Shown here: positions 47,434 through 60,120 of the stretch, piece by piece
Layout: each line of letters begins with the position of its first letter
Position numbering within the stretch: position 1 is the stretch's first letter
Assembly (NCBI GenBank): GCA_047616865.1
Contig: JBLGBO010000009.1
Coordinates: 72,076-136,075 of the forward strand
DNA: 64,000 nucleotides
Direction of reading: 5' to 3'
Source of the DNA: Oleispira sp.
GTDB taxonomy: Bacteria; Pseudomonadota; Gammaproteobacteria; Pseudomonadales; Oceanobacteraceae
The notes under the pieces: model-generated
The model's database searches: none
What the model was told of the DNA's origin: nothing
Seen by the model: the letters and a program-made list of their open reading frames with translations, nothing else
Position numbers and translations under genes: made by a program

Positions 47434-47575
47434 CTTTTCAAATCCTCTTGAAAATAAATCGTAACCTATTGTTTTTATTACATTTATTAATTTTAAATAT
47501 ATTTAAATGAAAATTCACGACCACATAGGTTAGAATAATATCTATCTTATTCGATAGGTTTATAATATTTTAGAT

Positions 47576-49171
47576 ATGAAAACTGTTGCTATTAGTATAT
47601 TGGGTACCGTGCTAGATCGACGAGGAAAACGCCAAAACCGCTGGGATAAGTGGCGACCTACCGTCTCCATCTGCCAACAAGATGACTTAGTGATCGATCG
47701 TCTGGAGTTAATCTTTGATAACCATTCGCTAACCTTGGCTGAACAGGTCAAAGACGACATCGAGCAATCATCACCAGAAACCGAAGTTGTGCTCCATAAG
47801 GTTAATTATTTAGACCCATGGGACTTTGAAGATGTTTATAGCCAGCTTCTAGATTTCAGTCGAGCCTATGATTTCAATACCGATACAGAAGACTATTTAG
47901 TCCACATCACCACAGGGACACACGTTGCTCAGATCTGCCTGTATCTACTAACGGAATCTGGCTACCTGCCTGGGAAGTTAATACAAACCTCACCTTCAAA
48001 AAGTGAAAACAAAGCTAAGGGCTCTTATCAAATCATTGATCTGGATTTATCACGATATGACCAAATAGCCTCTCGCTTCAATAAAGAACATACTGAAGGC
48101 ACCACGCATCTCAAAAGTGGCATTGACACAAAAAACGAAAAATTTAATCTAATGATCGAGCAATTAGAGAAAGTATCCATTCGTTCCGATGAGCCTATTT
48201 TAATCACTGGACCAACAGGCGCAGGCAAATCGAAGCTGGCTGAGCGTATTTATCAATTGCGCAAACAGCGCGCCAAACTAAAGGGAAAACTCATTACGGT
48301 AAATTGTGCAACTTTACGTGGCGATAACGCCATCTCAGCATTATTTGGCCATAAAAAGGGAGCGTTTACTGGAGCGGCAGCAGACCGCACCGGTCTTTTA
48401 AGGGAGGCTAATGACGGTTTATTATTTTTAGATGAGATTGGTGAGCTTGGACTGGATGAGCAAGCAATGTTACTCAGCGCCATTGAAGATAAGCATTTTA
48501 TGCCACTCGGTTCAGATAAAATGGTGTTCAGTGATTTTCAATTAATTGTCGGCACTAACAGAGACTTAATTAAGCAAAGCCAACAAGGAAAGTTCAGGGA
48601 AGATCTATTAGCGCGTATTGATTTATGGACTTACCGATTACCAGCCCTAAAAGAACGCTTAGAAGATTTTGACGCCAATCTTGATTTTGAATTAGATAAA
48701 TTTTCTAGCAAGGCCGGTTACCTAGTGAAATTCAACAAGGCGGCCCGCGAAAAATATTTAGCCTTTTCTAAATCACCAGCCGCTAGCTGGAATGCTAATT
48801 TTCGGGATCTAAATGCCAGCATCACTCGAATGTCTACCCTGTCAGATGGAGGACGCATTACCGAAGACTTAGTTACTGAAGAAGTACTACGACTAAAGCA
48901 CAAATGGCGCGAGACAAATAGCACTGATCCCACACTGGTTTTGCAGTCACTGTTAGATGAGAAGACTTTAAGCGATATGGATTATTACGACCAACTTAAC
49001 TTACTTAATATCATCGATATTTGCCGCAACAGTCAATCAATGGCCGAAGCTGGGAGAACGCTATTTGACAAAAGCCGCCAAATTAAAAAGTCATCCAACG
49101 ACTCTCATAGAGTAAAACAACTACTCAGTAAGCTAGATATTTCTTTCGAAAAAATTCGACAACTGCCATAA
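47576..49171 (+). CDS. rtcR: sigma54-dependent transcriptional activator RtcR (N-terminal CARF-like domain, AAA+ sigma54-interaction domain, C-terminal HTH)
   Basis: Walker A GPTGAGKS and the GAFTGA motif (HKKGAFTGAAADR). 531 aa, divergent from rtcB. Confidence 0.9.
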   Translation: MKTVAISILGTVLDRRGKRQNRWDKWRPTVSICQQDDLVIDRLELIFDNHSLTLAEQVKDDIEQSSPETEVVLHKVNYLDPWDFEDVYSQLLDFSRAYDFNTDTEDYLVHITTGTHVAQICLYLLTESGYLPGKLIQTSPSKSENKAKGSYQIIDLDLSRYDQIASRFNKEHTEGTTHLKSGIDTKNEKFNLMIEQLEKVSIRSDEPILITGPTGAGKSKLAERIYQLRKQRAKLKGKLITVNCATLRGDNAISALFGHKKGAFTGAAADRTGLLREANDGLLFLDEIGELGLDEQAMLLSAIEDKHFMPLGSDKMVFSDFQLIVGTNRDLIKQSQQGKFREDLLARIDLWTYRLPALKERLEDFDANLDFELDKFSSKAGYLVKFNKAAREKYLAFSKSPAASWNANFRDLNASITRMSTLSDGGRITEDLVTEEVLRLKHKWRETNSTDPTLVLQSLLDEKTLSDMDYYDQLNLLNIIDICRNSQSMAEAGRTLFDKSRQIKKSSNDSHRVKQLLSKLDISFEKIRQLP

Positions 49172-49180
49172 CAGGGACAT

Positions 49181-49219
49181 AAAAAAGCCGCGCTCGTTAC
49201 CAAGCGCGGCTTTTATTTC
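49181..49219. terminator. bidirectional intrinsic terminator between rtcR (+) and kdsA (-)
   Basis: aaaaaagccgcgct-cgttacca-agcgcggcttttatttc. Confidence 0.7.
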
Positions 49220-49244
49220 ACAACATTTAAATAATAAAATTTTA

Positions 49245-50102
<858 letters not shown>

Positions 50103-50216
50103 TCAAAATAAGTTTGAAAATATAAATTATTATTCATTATGCCGATACGTTTGGTTCCTTAAGAACCTCACATACCGGTTATATGTTCTTTGTTACACCG
50201 TGCGCTTTTGCTCGCA

Positions 50217-50323
50217 CTAGAAGTTGAATTTTAGGCGGCACGCTGTGAATACGCCGCTTCGCTCTCCCTGTAAGCTCAACGATTCCATCCATGGAATCGG
50301 ATGGCCTTAAAAATTAACTTCTA
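50217..50323. repeat. MITE-like palindromic repeat, family 1 copy
   Basis: Outer inverted repeat ctagaagttgaatttt / aaaaattaacttctag. Core ggcggcacgctgtgaatacgccgcttcgctctccctgtaagctc plus the palindrome gattccatccatggaatc. Confidence 0.55.
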
Positions 50324-50698
50324 GCACTCACAGCTTACTACCTCCAGATTGCAATCGCGTACCAATTAAAAGCAATAAAGCTGGGGTAAAAAAACACTCA
50401 CGCATCAATGTAAGCCGTCAGACTTGAAAATAATTACTTACCGTAAAATCTGAATTAATTTCTATGGTGATGCATTAGGTGATTCGTTTCTGGCGGCGTC
50501 ATCTGGCATGGATGCCAGATACGAGCCTAAAGGGACAAAACTGCAGGAGCATGTTTTGCACTGCGAAGCTGCCCGAAGGGTAAAATACACGGATGTATTT
50601 TATACCTATTTACGGCGTCCCCTGAAATGAATTACCTAATACCGCGCATGCCAAACTGTAAATTCACGGCGTTTAAAAACCTACACTGTGCTTGAGCT

Positions 50699-51856
50699 TT
50701 AAAGCACCACTAAATTATCAATATGTATTAACTCAGCTTCGCCAACATAACCTAACAGCTCTTGCTGCTGGGCGCTGGTCTTACCGCACAATTTTTGCGC
50801 TTCGCTATGATCGAAATTAATCAACCCCTTAGCAATGATTCGGCCCTTGCCATCTAAGCAAGCAACCACCTCACCGCGGCGGAAAATACCTTTCACGGCT
50901 TTAACGCCCACAGGTAATAAACTATTACCGCCCTTCTTCAATGCCTTCACTGCACCGTCATCAAGAATAAGCTCGCCAGAATGCTGCAAGTGTCCAGCAA
51001 TCCACTGCTTGCGTGCAACTTCTGGTTCAGTATCCGCAACCAGAAGCGTACCAATTTTTTCTTTCGCCCGTAAACGAATCAATACATTTTCAATGCGACC
51101 GCCCACAATAACCGTATCCGCACCCGAGCGTGCAGCAACCGCCGCCGCTTTTACTTTCGTAATCATACCGCCACGACCTAAAGCACCACCATCACCAGCC
51201 ATCGCAGCAAACGATGGGTCAGACGCTCGGCCTTCGGTAATCAACTCAGCATCAGCATTATGGCGTGGATCTTTAGTAAATAAACCATCTTGATCAGTCA
51301 GAATAACCAGCGAATCGGCTTCGACTAAATTAGCAACTAACGCACCTAAGGTATCGTTATCACCAAAGCGAATTTCGTCAGTCACCACCGTATCATTTTC
51401 ATTCACGATCGGCACAACACCCATTTCAATTAACGTGCGCAACGTCGAGCGCGCATTAAGATAGCGTTGGCGATTGGATAAATCAGCGTGAGTTAATAAG
51501 ATTTGCGCGGTGTGTTTATTATGCTGCTGAAAAGCGGTTTCGTAAGCTTGTACTAAACCCATTTGACCGACCGCTGCCGCGGCTTGTAACTGATGAACTT
51601 CACTAGGGCGTGAAGTCCAACCTAAACGCGTCATTCCCTCGGCAACAGAGCCAGAAGAAACTAAAACGACTTCAATGCCTTGCGACATCAAATCAGCGAT
51701 TTGATCAACCCAAGCTTGAATACCTGGACGATTAAGGCCTTTGCCGTCATTCGTAAGCAGAGCGCTACCAATTTTAATAACCCAACGTTGACCGCTAACA
51801 AGGCGGTCTCTGGCGGTGTTTAAATCAACAACTGGTTTCATTGCTCTCATGCTCAC
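50699..51856 (-). CDS. proB: glutamate 5-kinase
   Basis: [12 protein letters not shown]... kinase domain plus a C-terminal PUA domain. 385 aa. The start may be the internal MKPVV. Confidence 0.9.
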   Translation of the reverse strand: MSMRAMKPVVDLNTARDRLVSGQRWVIKIGSALLTNDGKGLNRPGIQAWVDQIADLMSQGIEVVLVSSGSVAEGMTRLGWTSRPSEVHQLQAAAAVGQMGLVQAYETAFQQHNKHTAQILLTHADLSNRQRYLNARSTLRTLIEMGVVPIVNENDTVVTDEIRFGDNDTLGALVANLVEADSLVILTDQDGLFTKDPRHNADAELITEGRASDPSFAAMAGDGGALGRGGMITKVKAAAVAARSGADTVIVGGRIENVLIRLRAKEKIGTLLVADTEPEVARKQWIAGHLQHSGELILDDGAVKALKKGGNSLLPVGVKAVKGIFRRGEVVACLDGKGRIIAKGLINFDHSEAQKLCGKTSAQQQELLGYVGEAELIHIDNLVVL

Positions 51857-51899
51857 TTATTTTTTATAGGCGCGGTTCATGAATCGCTATTGTAAGCGA

Positions 51900-53144
<1,245 letters not shown>

Positions 53145-53283
53145 TTAATCGAAGGAAATTTTTCTAGATTTTTCGCACCGTTACTAGGTGCTAAATTCTT
53201 TTCAGCAACACATTGCTGTTTTTCTCAAACAAAAACGCCCCAGCAAGGCCAGGGCGTCTTTGGTAACACACTTAACTGTAAAA

Positions 53284-53544
53284 TTAGCTAGCAGCGATGA
53301 TGCTGATAGTCTTACGGTTACGTGGTCCTTTAACTTCAAACTTAACTTCGCCCGCTTCAGTAGCGAATAAAGTGTGGTCACGACCCATACGAACGTTAGT
53401 TCCAGGGTGGAACTTAGTGCCACGCTGACGAATCAAAATGTTACCAGCTACTGCCTTTTGGCCGCCGAACATTTTGACGCCTAAGCGTTTAGCTTCGCTA
53501 TCGCGACCGTTATTAGTACTACCACCAGCTTTTTTGTGAGCCAT
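53284..53544 (-). CDS. rpmA: 50S ribosomal protein L27
   Basis: [24 protein letters not shown]... is the canonical L27 sequence. Confidence 0.95.
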   Translation of the reverse strand: MAHKKAGGSTNNGRDSEAKRLGVKMFGGQKAVAGNILIRQRGTKFHPGTNVRMGRDHTLFATEAGEVKFEVKGPRNRKTISIIAAS

Positions 53545-53614
53545 GCTCTAGCCTCCTAGTTTGGACTCTCTGGGGCGTCACCACCGTCAGAGCTTCCATA
53601 ATTAATTTTTAAAA

Positions 53615-53926
53615 TTAAACAGCGATGCTGGTAATTTTGATTTCTGTGAACCACTGACGGTGACCCATCTGCTTCATGTGGTGCTTACGACGCTTGAACT
53701 TTATAATTTTAACTTTCTTGTGACGGCCATGAGCAACAACTTCAGCTGTTACTTTAGCGCCTTCAACAAGAGGCTGACCGATTTTAACATCGTCGCCATT
53801 GCCGATTAGCAAAATTCGTTCGATCTCTACTGCGCCGCCAGTAGCTACTTCAAGTTTTTCAACTTTAAGAGTTTGACCTTCTTCAACACGGTACTGTTTA
53901 CCGCCTGTAACAACAACTGCGTACAT
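53615..53926 (-). CDS. rplU: 50S ribosomal protein L21
   Basis: [25 protein letters not shown]... is the canonical L21 sequence. rplU-rpmA-obg operon order. Confidence 0.95.
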   Translation of the reverse strand: MYAVVVTGGKQYRVEEGQTLKVEKLEVATGGAVEIERILLIGNGDDVKIGQPLVEGAKVTAEVVAHGRHKKVKIIKFKRRKHHMKQMGHRQWFTEIKITSIAV

Positions 53927-54191
53927 CGCAATGTCTCCGTTGTGGATTTAAGAATCTAAACACCGAACCTCACAAGTGATTTTACTCAACATGCCGTTGC
54001 TTTTGTTCTAAGTCTACGGGAAATACTCTGATTTCCAATATTGTAGAGAACGGAATTTCGGGGCGCGTGATTGTAACTCAACGCAAAAGCCAGTGCAAGC
54101 GCACATTTCGCCGTCTTACTTGACACTTTACGCCCTTGGCAATAGCATGTTCCCTCTATATTCCCTCTAGCCTAAAGGCCCTATTTTCACC

Positions 54192-55160
54192 ATGCAGGTT
54201 AAAGACATTTACGCGCTTATCGAGCAGGATTTTGCTGACGTCGATACACTGATCCGCGAACAACTCTCTTCTCGTGTTCCTCTGGTAGAAAAAATTGCCG
54301 ATTACATCGTCTCCAGTGGTGGCAAACGTTTACGCCCTCTACTCGTGATAATGACCGCGAAAGCGCTTGAGAAATCAGGCTCTCAAGCAAACAAACTCGC
54401 CGCTGTGATCGAGTTCCTTCACACCGCAACGCTATTGCACGATGATGTGGTTGATACGTCAGATATGCGCCGTGGCAACCCGACTGCAAATGAAAAATGG
54501 GGCAATGCGCCCAGTGTTCTAGTCGGTGACTTCTTATATTCTCGTTCTTTCCAAATGATGGTTGAGCTCAAAAATCTGCAAGTGATGGATATCTTATCCA
54601 ACTCCACTTGCGTGATTGCGGAAGGCGAAGTACTGCAACTGGTTAACTGTAAAAACCCAGATACCAGCGAAGAACAATATATGGATGTCATCAAGGGTAA
54701 AACCGCGATGTTATTCGAAGCGTCTACGCACTCAGCGGCAGTTTTATGCGAAGCTAATGCCGAGCAAGAACAAGCATTAAAAGAATATGGCCACCACCTA
54801 GGTATGGCATTCCAGCTAGTCGATGACGTACTCGACTATGAAGGTGATGCTGAGACCATGGGCAAGAACGTCGGTGACGATTTAGCCGAAGGTAAAGCCA
54901 CCTTGCCACTGATTCATGCCATGCGTGAAGGCACTGATGAACAAGCGAAATTGATTCGCAGAGCCATCCGTAAAGGCGGTTTGGAAGACATTGATGCCAT
55001 CATGGAGATTGTTAAAACATGTGGTTCACTAGAATACACCAAGAAAATTGCCCGCAAGCATGTTGAGCTGGCACAACAAAGTTTGAACTTTTTACCCGAT
55101 ACTGATGCCAAACAAGCGCTTCATAGCTTGGCCCGCATCGCCATTGAACGAAATACTTAA
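54192..55160 (+). CDS. ispB: octaprenyl diphosphate synthase
   Basis: Polyprenyl synthase motifs LLHDDVVD (first DDxxD) and a second DD motif. Divergent from rplU as in E. coli. Confidence 0.9.
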   Translation: MQVKDIYALIEQDFADVDTLIREQLSSRVPLVEKIADYIVSSGGKRLRPLLVIMTAKALEKSGSQANKLAAVIEFLHTATLLHDDVVDTSDMRRGNPTANEKWGNAPSVLVGDFLYSRSFQMMVELKNLQVMDILSNSTCVIAEGEVLQLVNCKNPDTSEEQYMDVIKGKTAMLFEASTHSAAVLCEANAEQEQALKEYGHHLGMAFQLVDDVLDYEGDAETMGKNVGDDLAEGKATLPLIHAMREGTDEQAKLIRRAIRKGGLEDIDAIMEIVKTCGSLEYTKKIARKHVELAQQSLNFLPDTDAKQALHSLARIAIERNT

Positions 55161-55240
55161 GCCTCAGCAGACGTTCAAGTCTTGCTAAGGCCCTGAAGAT
55201 CAAACTGTGATAAACAGTTGTACTAAATAGGAGCCTTAAC

Positions 55241-57103
55241 ATGGCTTGGATCGTCTCTCGCTTTTCTTTTCTATTCTCTGCCCTCGTCGTGCTGCTGAGC
55301 ATCAGTTCAGCTCAAGCCGGCATTCTCGACAATCTCATTGAAAGCGAACCCAAGTTCCTCCCCGTCACGGAAGCCTTTCCTTACCAAATCGAGCAAAAGG
55401 GTTCCGAACTAAGTATCATCTGGGAAACAGCTGACGACTATTATCTTTATAAAAAGAAAATCAATCTTAAACAAAGTAAGGTCAAGCATCTAGCCCGCAG
55501 TTTCAGCCAAGAAGGTCTACTAAAGCACGACGAAGCCTTTGGCGAAGTGATTGTTTTTTATGGACAAACTGAAGCGCTATTTGATCTTACTAAACTAGAT
55601 CCTCAACAACCCCCGCAACTCGGCTTCCAAGGCTGCGCCGATGCAGGCCTGTGTTATCCACCGCAAAAAATTAAACTCAATATCGACTGGTCATTAGTTA
55701 AAGCTGCTGTAAATAAAGACATAGCAAAGCCCGGCACTATTAATCCACCCGCCTTAACAACTGAACAGAATCCAGCAAACCCCTCTACAGATAATGACAG
55801 CTGGATCGAAGGTAAATCTTGGTTTAGCGTTGTTGGTTTATTCTTTATTCTAGGTTTGGGCCTCACCTTTACTCCCTGCGTTCTACCCATGGTCCCAATT
55901 CTCACCAGTATCGTTATTGGTCAGCACAAACATACCCCTGCCAAAGGTTTTGTTTTATCCACTACCTACGTGATGGGCATGGCCATTACTTATGCAGTTG
56001 CAGGCATCACCGTGGGTTTATTAGGGGCTGGCGCCAACATTCAAGCCTGGATGCAAACCCCTTGGATACTGTCCATCTTTGCTATCTTATTCTTAGTACT
56101 TTCTCTCTCAATGTTTGGTCTATACGAACTGCAATTACCCAGCGGCTTGCGTAATCGTTTAAACAACATGAATCAAAAGCAAAAAGGCGGCAATTTAATC
56201 AGCGTCTTTTTAATGGGTGTTCTTTCAGCTCTCGTCGTTTCACCTTGCGTATCAGCACCGCTTGCTGGCGCTTTGGTTTATCTGAGCACCACAGGGGATG
56301 CTTGGCTGGGTGGCAGTGCGTTATTAGCACTCGGTTTAGGTATGGGCACACCGCTTATTATCCTCGGCACGTCAGGCGCATCGATCATGCCGAAAGCGGG
56401 TGGCTGGATGGATCAGATCAAAGCCTTCTTTGGTATCTTATTAATCGGCGTCGCGATTTGGTTATTATCGCGATTCTTAGATGCCACCTTAATCCTCGCC
56501 ATGTGGGGTGTACTGGCGATTGTTTATGCAATCTACCTCGGCGCTATCGAACCGATTGAACCGGCTCAAACGGGTGTTAAGCGCACGGTAAAAGGCATCG
56601 GCTTTGTAATACTGGTGTATGGCGTACTCGCATTAATTGGCGCACTACAAGGTAATGATGATCCGCTTAAACCCCTTGCTTCTAGCTATGCCGACAGTGC
56701 TACTAATAATTCTCAAGCTCATAGTGCTGCTAGCCCATTCGAGAATATTGAAAATAAAACTCAGTTAGAGGCTGCGATTAAAAATCATCTCGCCGCCAAT
56801 CCTAATGGCGCCGTGATGCTCGATTATTACGCCGACTGGTGCATTGCCTGCAAGGTGATGGAAAAAGCTGTCTTTCACGAAGCAGACGTACAAGCTCATT
56901 GGCCAGAATTATTATGGCTGCAAATTGACGTTACCGATCAGACGGCTGAGCAAGTTGAACTGATGACAGATTTCAATTTATTCGGCCCACCCAGCATGTT
57001 GTTTTTCACCACGAATGGCGAGCAAGATACGCTAAGAATATTAGGCGAAATGCATAAAGAGGAATTTGTGCAGCACTTGAATAAAGTCAAAGCGACCTTA
57101 TAA
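55241..57103 (+). CDS. dsbD: thiol:disulfide interchange protein DsbD
   Basis: 620 aa: periplasmic N-domain, 8-TM core with Cys pairs, C-terminal thioredoxin domain WCIACK. Confidence 0.9.
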   Translation: MAWIVSRFSFLFSALVVLLSISSAQAGILDNLIESEPKFLPVTEAFPYQIEQKGSELSIIWETADDYYLYKKKINLKQSKVKHLARSFSQEGLLKHDEAFGEVIVFYGQTEALFDLTKLDPQQPPQLGFQGCADAGLCYPPQKIKLNIDWSLVKAAVNKDIAKPGTINPPALTTEQNPANPSTDNDSWIEGKSWFSVVGLFFILGLGLTFTPCVLPMVPILTSIVIGQHKHTPAKGFVLSTTYVMGMAITYAVAGITVGLLGAGANIQAWMQTPWILSIFAILFLVLSLSMFGLYELQLPSGLRNRLNNMNQKQKGGNLISVFLMGVLSALVVSPCVSAPLAGALVYLSTTGDAWLGGSALLALGLGMGTPLIILGTSGASIMPKAGGWMDQIKAFFGILLIGVAIWLLSRFLDATLILAMWGVLAIVYAIYLGAIEPIEPAQTGVKRTVKGIGFVILVYGVLALIGALQGNDDPLKPLASSYADSATNNSQAHSAASPFENIENKTQLEAAIKNHLAANPNGAVMLDYYADWCIACKVMEKAVFHEADVQAHWPELLWLQIDVTDQTAEQVELMTDFNLFGPPSMLFFTTNGEQDTLRILGEMHKEEFVQHLNKVKATL

Positions 57104-57139
57104 CCTCTACTAGACATAAATCAAAAATCGAGTTTCATT

Positions 57140-57577
57140 ATGCTAATCGTTTGCTCACACTGCCACGCTACCAACCGCATCCCTGAAGGCCGAAAAGCCA
57201 GCGAAGGCCAATGCGGAAAATGTAAGCAAACGATCTGGCAAGGCAAGCCCGTCGATTTAAGCGAAAGCCAATTTGCCAAATATACCAGTAAAAACGACAT
57301 GCCAGTGGTAGTCGACTTCTGGGCCAGCTGGTGCGGACCTTGTAAAGCCATGGCACCGGCCTACGCCCAAGTCGCTGAGCAAATGAAAGACCAAGCTTTA
57401 TTCGCCAAAGTAAATACTGAACATGCACAGCAGCTGGGTTCACAATTAAATATCCGCAGCATCCCCACCCTCGCTGTTTTTCGCAATGGCAAAGAGGTCG
57501 ATCGAATAGCAGGTGCACTACCTGCAAATCAGTTGCACCAATGGATTCAGCAAGCGCTGACTAAAATGCCACAATAA
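57140..57577 (+). CDS. trxC: thioredoxin 2 (N-terminal zinc-finger thioredoxin)
   Basis: N-terminal CSHC...CGKC zinc finger followed by a WCGPC thioredoxin active site. Confidence 0.85.
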   Translation: MLIVCSHCHATNRIPEGRKASEGQCGKCKQTIWQGKPVDLSESQFAKYTSKNDMPVVVDFWASWCGPCKAMAPAYAQVAEQMKDQALFAKVNTEHAQQLGSQLNIRSIPTLAVFRNGKEVDRIAGALPANQLHQWIQQALTKMPQ

Positions 57578-57679
57578 ATCACTACCGACCCTTGCGCTAG
57601 ATCAATTCAAGATGTCTACAGGAGTCTATTCTGAAATCAACAAATAATTCATCCCAGAATAGATAAGTAAGGACATACA

Positions 57680-57925
57680 ATGACCATTGAAAATCATAGC
57701 CTGCATAACGAATTCCCTCAGCACAATGACCGAATTCGTGAGTTAAAAATGAGCGATCGCCATTTTGTTCGTTTGTTTGAGGAATACCACGATACAGACC
57801 GTGAAATACGTAAGATTGAAGAAGGCTCAGAAGCGTCTTCAGATGCACGTATTGAAGGGCTAAAAATGCGTCGTGTACATTTGAAAGATGATTTATTAGG
57901 TATGCTAGAAACAACCGGCGCGTGA
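57680..57925 (+). CDS. YdcH-family protein (DUF465)
   Basis: 81 aa. HFVRLFEEYHDTDREIRKIE matches the DUF465 consensus. Confidence 0.6.
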   Translation: MTIENHSLHNEFPQHNDRIRELKMSDRHFVRLFEEYHDTDREIRKIEEGSEASSDARIEGLKMRRVHLKDDLLGMLETTGA

Positions 57926-58000
57926 AGAATTTTCTTTAAACTTAAGGGGCTAATAATCAATATCAGCCCCTTAAGTACCGCACGTTTTAAAGCCAAACGC

Positions 58001-58966
58001 TTAAATATGATTCAATAGCATCATCTCACCTGGATGTGGCTGCAAATAAAATGAGTTCTCGATATAGCTTTTTGGGTGGCGACGGAAATGATGGCGAAAT
58101 AAGGTAATCGGCACGATCAACGGCAATAAACCTTTATGATAATCTTCAATGGTTGCACATAACTCTTCTTTATCTCCCGCATCCAAATCATTCTTCAAGT
58201 ATCCCTGAATGTGTTGCATAGTATTCACATGATTCTTTCGAGTCGCATTCGACTTTAGCAAAGTCATCATCGAGGCCAAATACCCTAATGCTAAAGCATT
58301 AATTTCTTGATCATTATTCGCTAATGAAGCGCCTAACACTCTACCCAAGTTTTGGTTATGGCTCATAAAAATATACTTATGCTTAGCGTGGAAAGCCTGC
58401 AAACCAGCCAAGGTAAAACCTTCTTTCTCCATCGCCTGCCAGCGCGCATAGATATAAACTCGCTGAATAAAATTTTCACGTAAACGCGAGTCTGATAATC
58501 GCCCTTCTTCTTCAACCGGAAGGTGCGGAAAATTTTCCATTAAACGCTTGGCATACAAGCCAACCGCTATTTTTTCCGCCATGCCCTTCTTTTCATAACC
58601 GTTATACAGTTTAACTCGCTCCATACCGCAGCTAGGGGAGTCTTTCTTTAAGATGTAGCCACTTAGCTCGCTATGCCAGCCTTTTTGATCTTCAGCGGAC
58701 TGGTAGAGTTGCTCAGTCACATCCAAGTCATCAGTCTTAGTCCCCACACAACGAATTTCATCATCCAGATTAATCAAGCGTATCGTTTCACGCGGAATTC
58801 CTAAGCCAATACTGACCTCTGGACAGAAAGGCGTAAATTCAAAATAATCATTTAAAATGTCAGTCACATAGGCATTCTTTTTATGGCCGGAATCAAAGCG
58901 CACATTTTCGCCCATTAAACAGCTGCTAACACCGATTTTTATTTTCTGGATTTCTTCTGAATTCAT
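58001..58966 (-). CDS. DUF523/DUF1722 fusion protein (2-thiouracil-desulfurase-like N-domain + YbgA-like C-domain)
   Basis: N-terminal IGVSSCLMGENVRFDSGHK... (DUF523 Cys cluster) and a C-terminal DUF1722-like helical region. 321 aa. Confidence 0.55.
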   Translation of the reverse strand: MNSEEIQKIKIGVSSCLMGENVRFDSGHKKNAYVTDILNDYFEFTPFCPEVSIGLGIPRETIRLINLDDEIRCVGTKTDDLDVTEQLYQSAEDQKGWHSELSGYILKKDSPSCGMERVKLYNGYEKKGMAEKIAVGLYAKRLMENFPHLPVEEEGRLSDSRLRENFIQRVYIYARWQAMEKEGFTLAGLQAFHAKHKYIFMSHNQNLGRVLGASLANNDQEINALALGYLASMMTLLKSNATRKNHVNTMQHIQGYLKNDLDAGDKEELCATIEDYHKGLLPLIVPITLFRHHFRRHPKSYIENSFYLQPHPGEMMLLNHI

Positions 58967-59088
58967 GTTATTTAACCTAAGGACAATTGATAATCATACG
59001 CAGTAAAAAGAACTCTGGATCACCTTTAGTGTAGCTGACCGTCTAGAGATAGGCACCTACTCAAACTCGAACCCGCGAAAACTGTCAA

Positions 59089-59994
59089 TCATTCCACAAA
59101 CAGTGACTGCAACCAGCTCAAGACAATAGTGTAACTGGCCTGCTTACGTTCATTCGCTTTCGTCACCCAATATACTCCTTCTTTAATCGCTGAATATTGA
59201 TCTGATACCACTGCTAATTTTTTTGATCTTACCTTGGTAGTCGACATTGGAAATACAGCTAAGGCAAGACCCAGGCCTTCTTCTGCTGCACACATTGCGG
59301 CCTCATAAGAATCAAAAAATAATTCTTTTTTTGACTCAAATCGACAACCGGTATAAGTCATATAGCGCTGCCAGTCATTCACATGACTACGACTATGAAT
59401 AAGCGTATGTTCTTGCCAATTTATCTTAGGCTTGCCTTCAATTCTTTTATCTAAACCGTGAGCCTTAAGGTAACCTTTACTCGCGACTATGTTCGACGAT
59501 AACGAACATATTCGTTCAGCATTCGCATTTTCCCAAGGCGGCAAGCCAAAACGAATGGCGCCATCAATATCTGTTGCCGCTAAATCTTCCAATTCGGCAC
59601 TGGTTTCAATAATAAGATTGATCTCTGGGTATTTAATTTGAAACTCATGCAAATGGGGAATCACAATTTCATGCGCCACAAAGGCTGTCATGCTGATTTT
59701 TAGATTCGAAGAATAAAATTGATCAGAAAATTGAGCACAACCACTCTCATAACGACTCATAGTTTTTTTCGCCACAAGATAAAATGCCTCTCCAGCATTC
59801 GTTAGCTGCAACGCTCTTTTTTGGCGACTAAATAGCGCTAAGCCCATATGGCTTTCTAAGCTTTTAATTTGCTGACTAATTGCTGATGGAGTCACATTCA
59901 ATGCTTCTGCCGCCAATTTAAAACTGCGGTAATGGGCTGCGTTAACAAATGCAGTCAAATATTGAATCGGGGGCAGGCGCTGAATATTAGCCAT
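59089..59994 (-). CDS. LysR-family transcriptional regulator
   Basis: N-terminal HTH LTAFVNAAHYRSFKLAAEALNVTPSAISQQIKSLE. 301 aa. Confidence 0.85.
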   Translation of the reverse strand: MANIQRLPPIQYLTAFVNAAHYRSFKLAAEALNVTPSAISQQIKSLESHMGLALFSRQKRALQLTNAGEAFYLVAKKTMSRYESGCAQFSDQFYSSNLKISMTAFVAHEIVIPHLHEFQIKYPEINLIIETSAELEDLAATDIDGAIRFGLPPWENANAERICSLSSNIVASKGYLKAHGLDKRIEGKPKINWQEHTLIHSRSHVNDWQRYMTYTGCRFESKKELFFDSYEAAMCAAEEGLGLALAVFPMSTTKVRSKKLAVVSDQYSAIKEGVYWVTKANERKQASYTIVLSWLQSLFVE

Positions 59995-60120
59995 AAAGGT
60001 AAACCATAAGATTAGAAAATCTAATTTAATAGTAAGATATTATCGTTTGTAAACAAGCCTTTTTTTCTAGACACTCATACCAGTACAAACACTCATAAAT
60101 CCCCAAGCAAGAGCTAACAT

